Assembly: GCA_051294905.1 (NCBI GenBank)
Contig: CM119372.1
Location: forward strand, 21,266,001-21,330,000
Length of the DNA stretch: 64,000 nucleotides
Reading direction: 5' to 3'
Source of the DNA: Botryllus schlosseri
Lineage: Eukaryota
Below the pieces are notes generated by a model, which worked only from the letters and a program-made list of their open reading frames with translations, made no database searches and was not told the DNA's origin. Position numbers and translations under genes: made by a program. Shown piece after piece: positions 63,828 to 64,000 of this stretch (its first letter is position 1; each line of letters starts with the position of its first letter).

Positions 63828-63968
63828 AGCTACTCAAGTAGAAGTAGAAGTAGCGACGAAAAAATATACTCAAGTACGAGTAGAAGAACTTCTTGCACAA
63901 GCAACCTAAAACTACTTGAAGTAGAAGTAGAATTGGCTGATTTTAAATCTACTCAAGTAAGTAAGTAG
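63828..63968. repeat. Dispersed repeat family built from TACTCAAGTA/GAAGTA units
   Basis: Similar AAGTAG-rich blocks at ~2600-2830, 43560-43700, 45470-45630, 46920-46980 (reverse) and 49230-49700; probably subterminal arrays of an old DNA-transposon family. Confidence 0.55.
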
Positions 63969-64000
63969 TTGTGAAAATGATCGTCATTCGTTCACATGGA

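Overview
AT-rich animal (invertebrate) genomic DNA; the species cannot be determined from the sequence. Three spliced host genes were reconstructed by hand. (1) The 3' three coding exons of a CUSTOS/C12orf43-like gene (+, 902-1457). (2) A complete 4-exon CIAO2A/FAM96A gene (-, 3285-1752, 133 aa), tail-to-tail with the first. (3) A complete 21-coding-exon GRK2/beta-ARK orthologue (+, 24364-57917, about 710 aa; RGS-homology, kinase and PH domains). The gap between the divergent CIAO2A and GRK2 starts contains a ~14 kb nest of transposons (3.7-17.4 kb). It holds two 5'-truncated CR1/L2-group LINEs, a young non-autonomous LTR element inserted in one LINE, a GG-ended Merlin-like element, two hAT elements each with a nested MITE, and a palindromic ~50-bp minisatellite. 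More hAT/MITE insertions with intact 8-bp TSDs lie upstream of, within and downstream of GRK2. Most notable: the LTR element has TG..TA ends, no gag/pol and a possibly decayed antisense Cys-rich coding region; both nested LINEs end at the minisatellite palindrome; and an apparent splice-donor shift in GRK2 removes the GRK2/3-specific alphaC-beta4 insertion. No rRNA, tRNA or CRISPR was found. All coordinates and comparisons to human proteins were made by eye and from memory and need computational confirmation.
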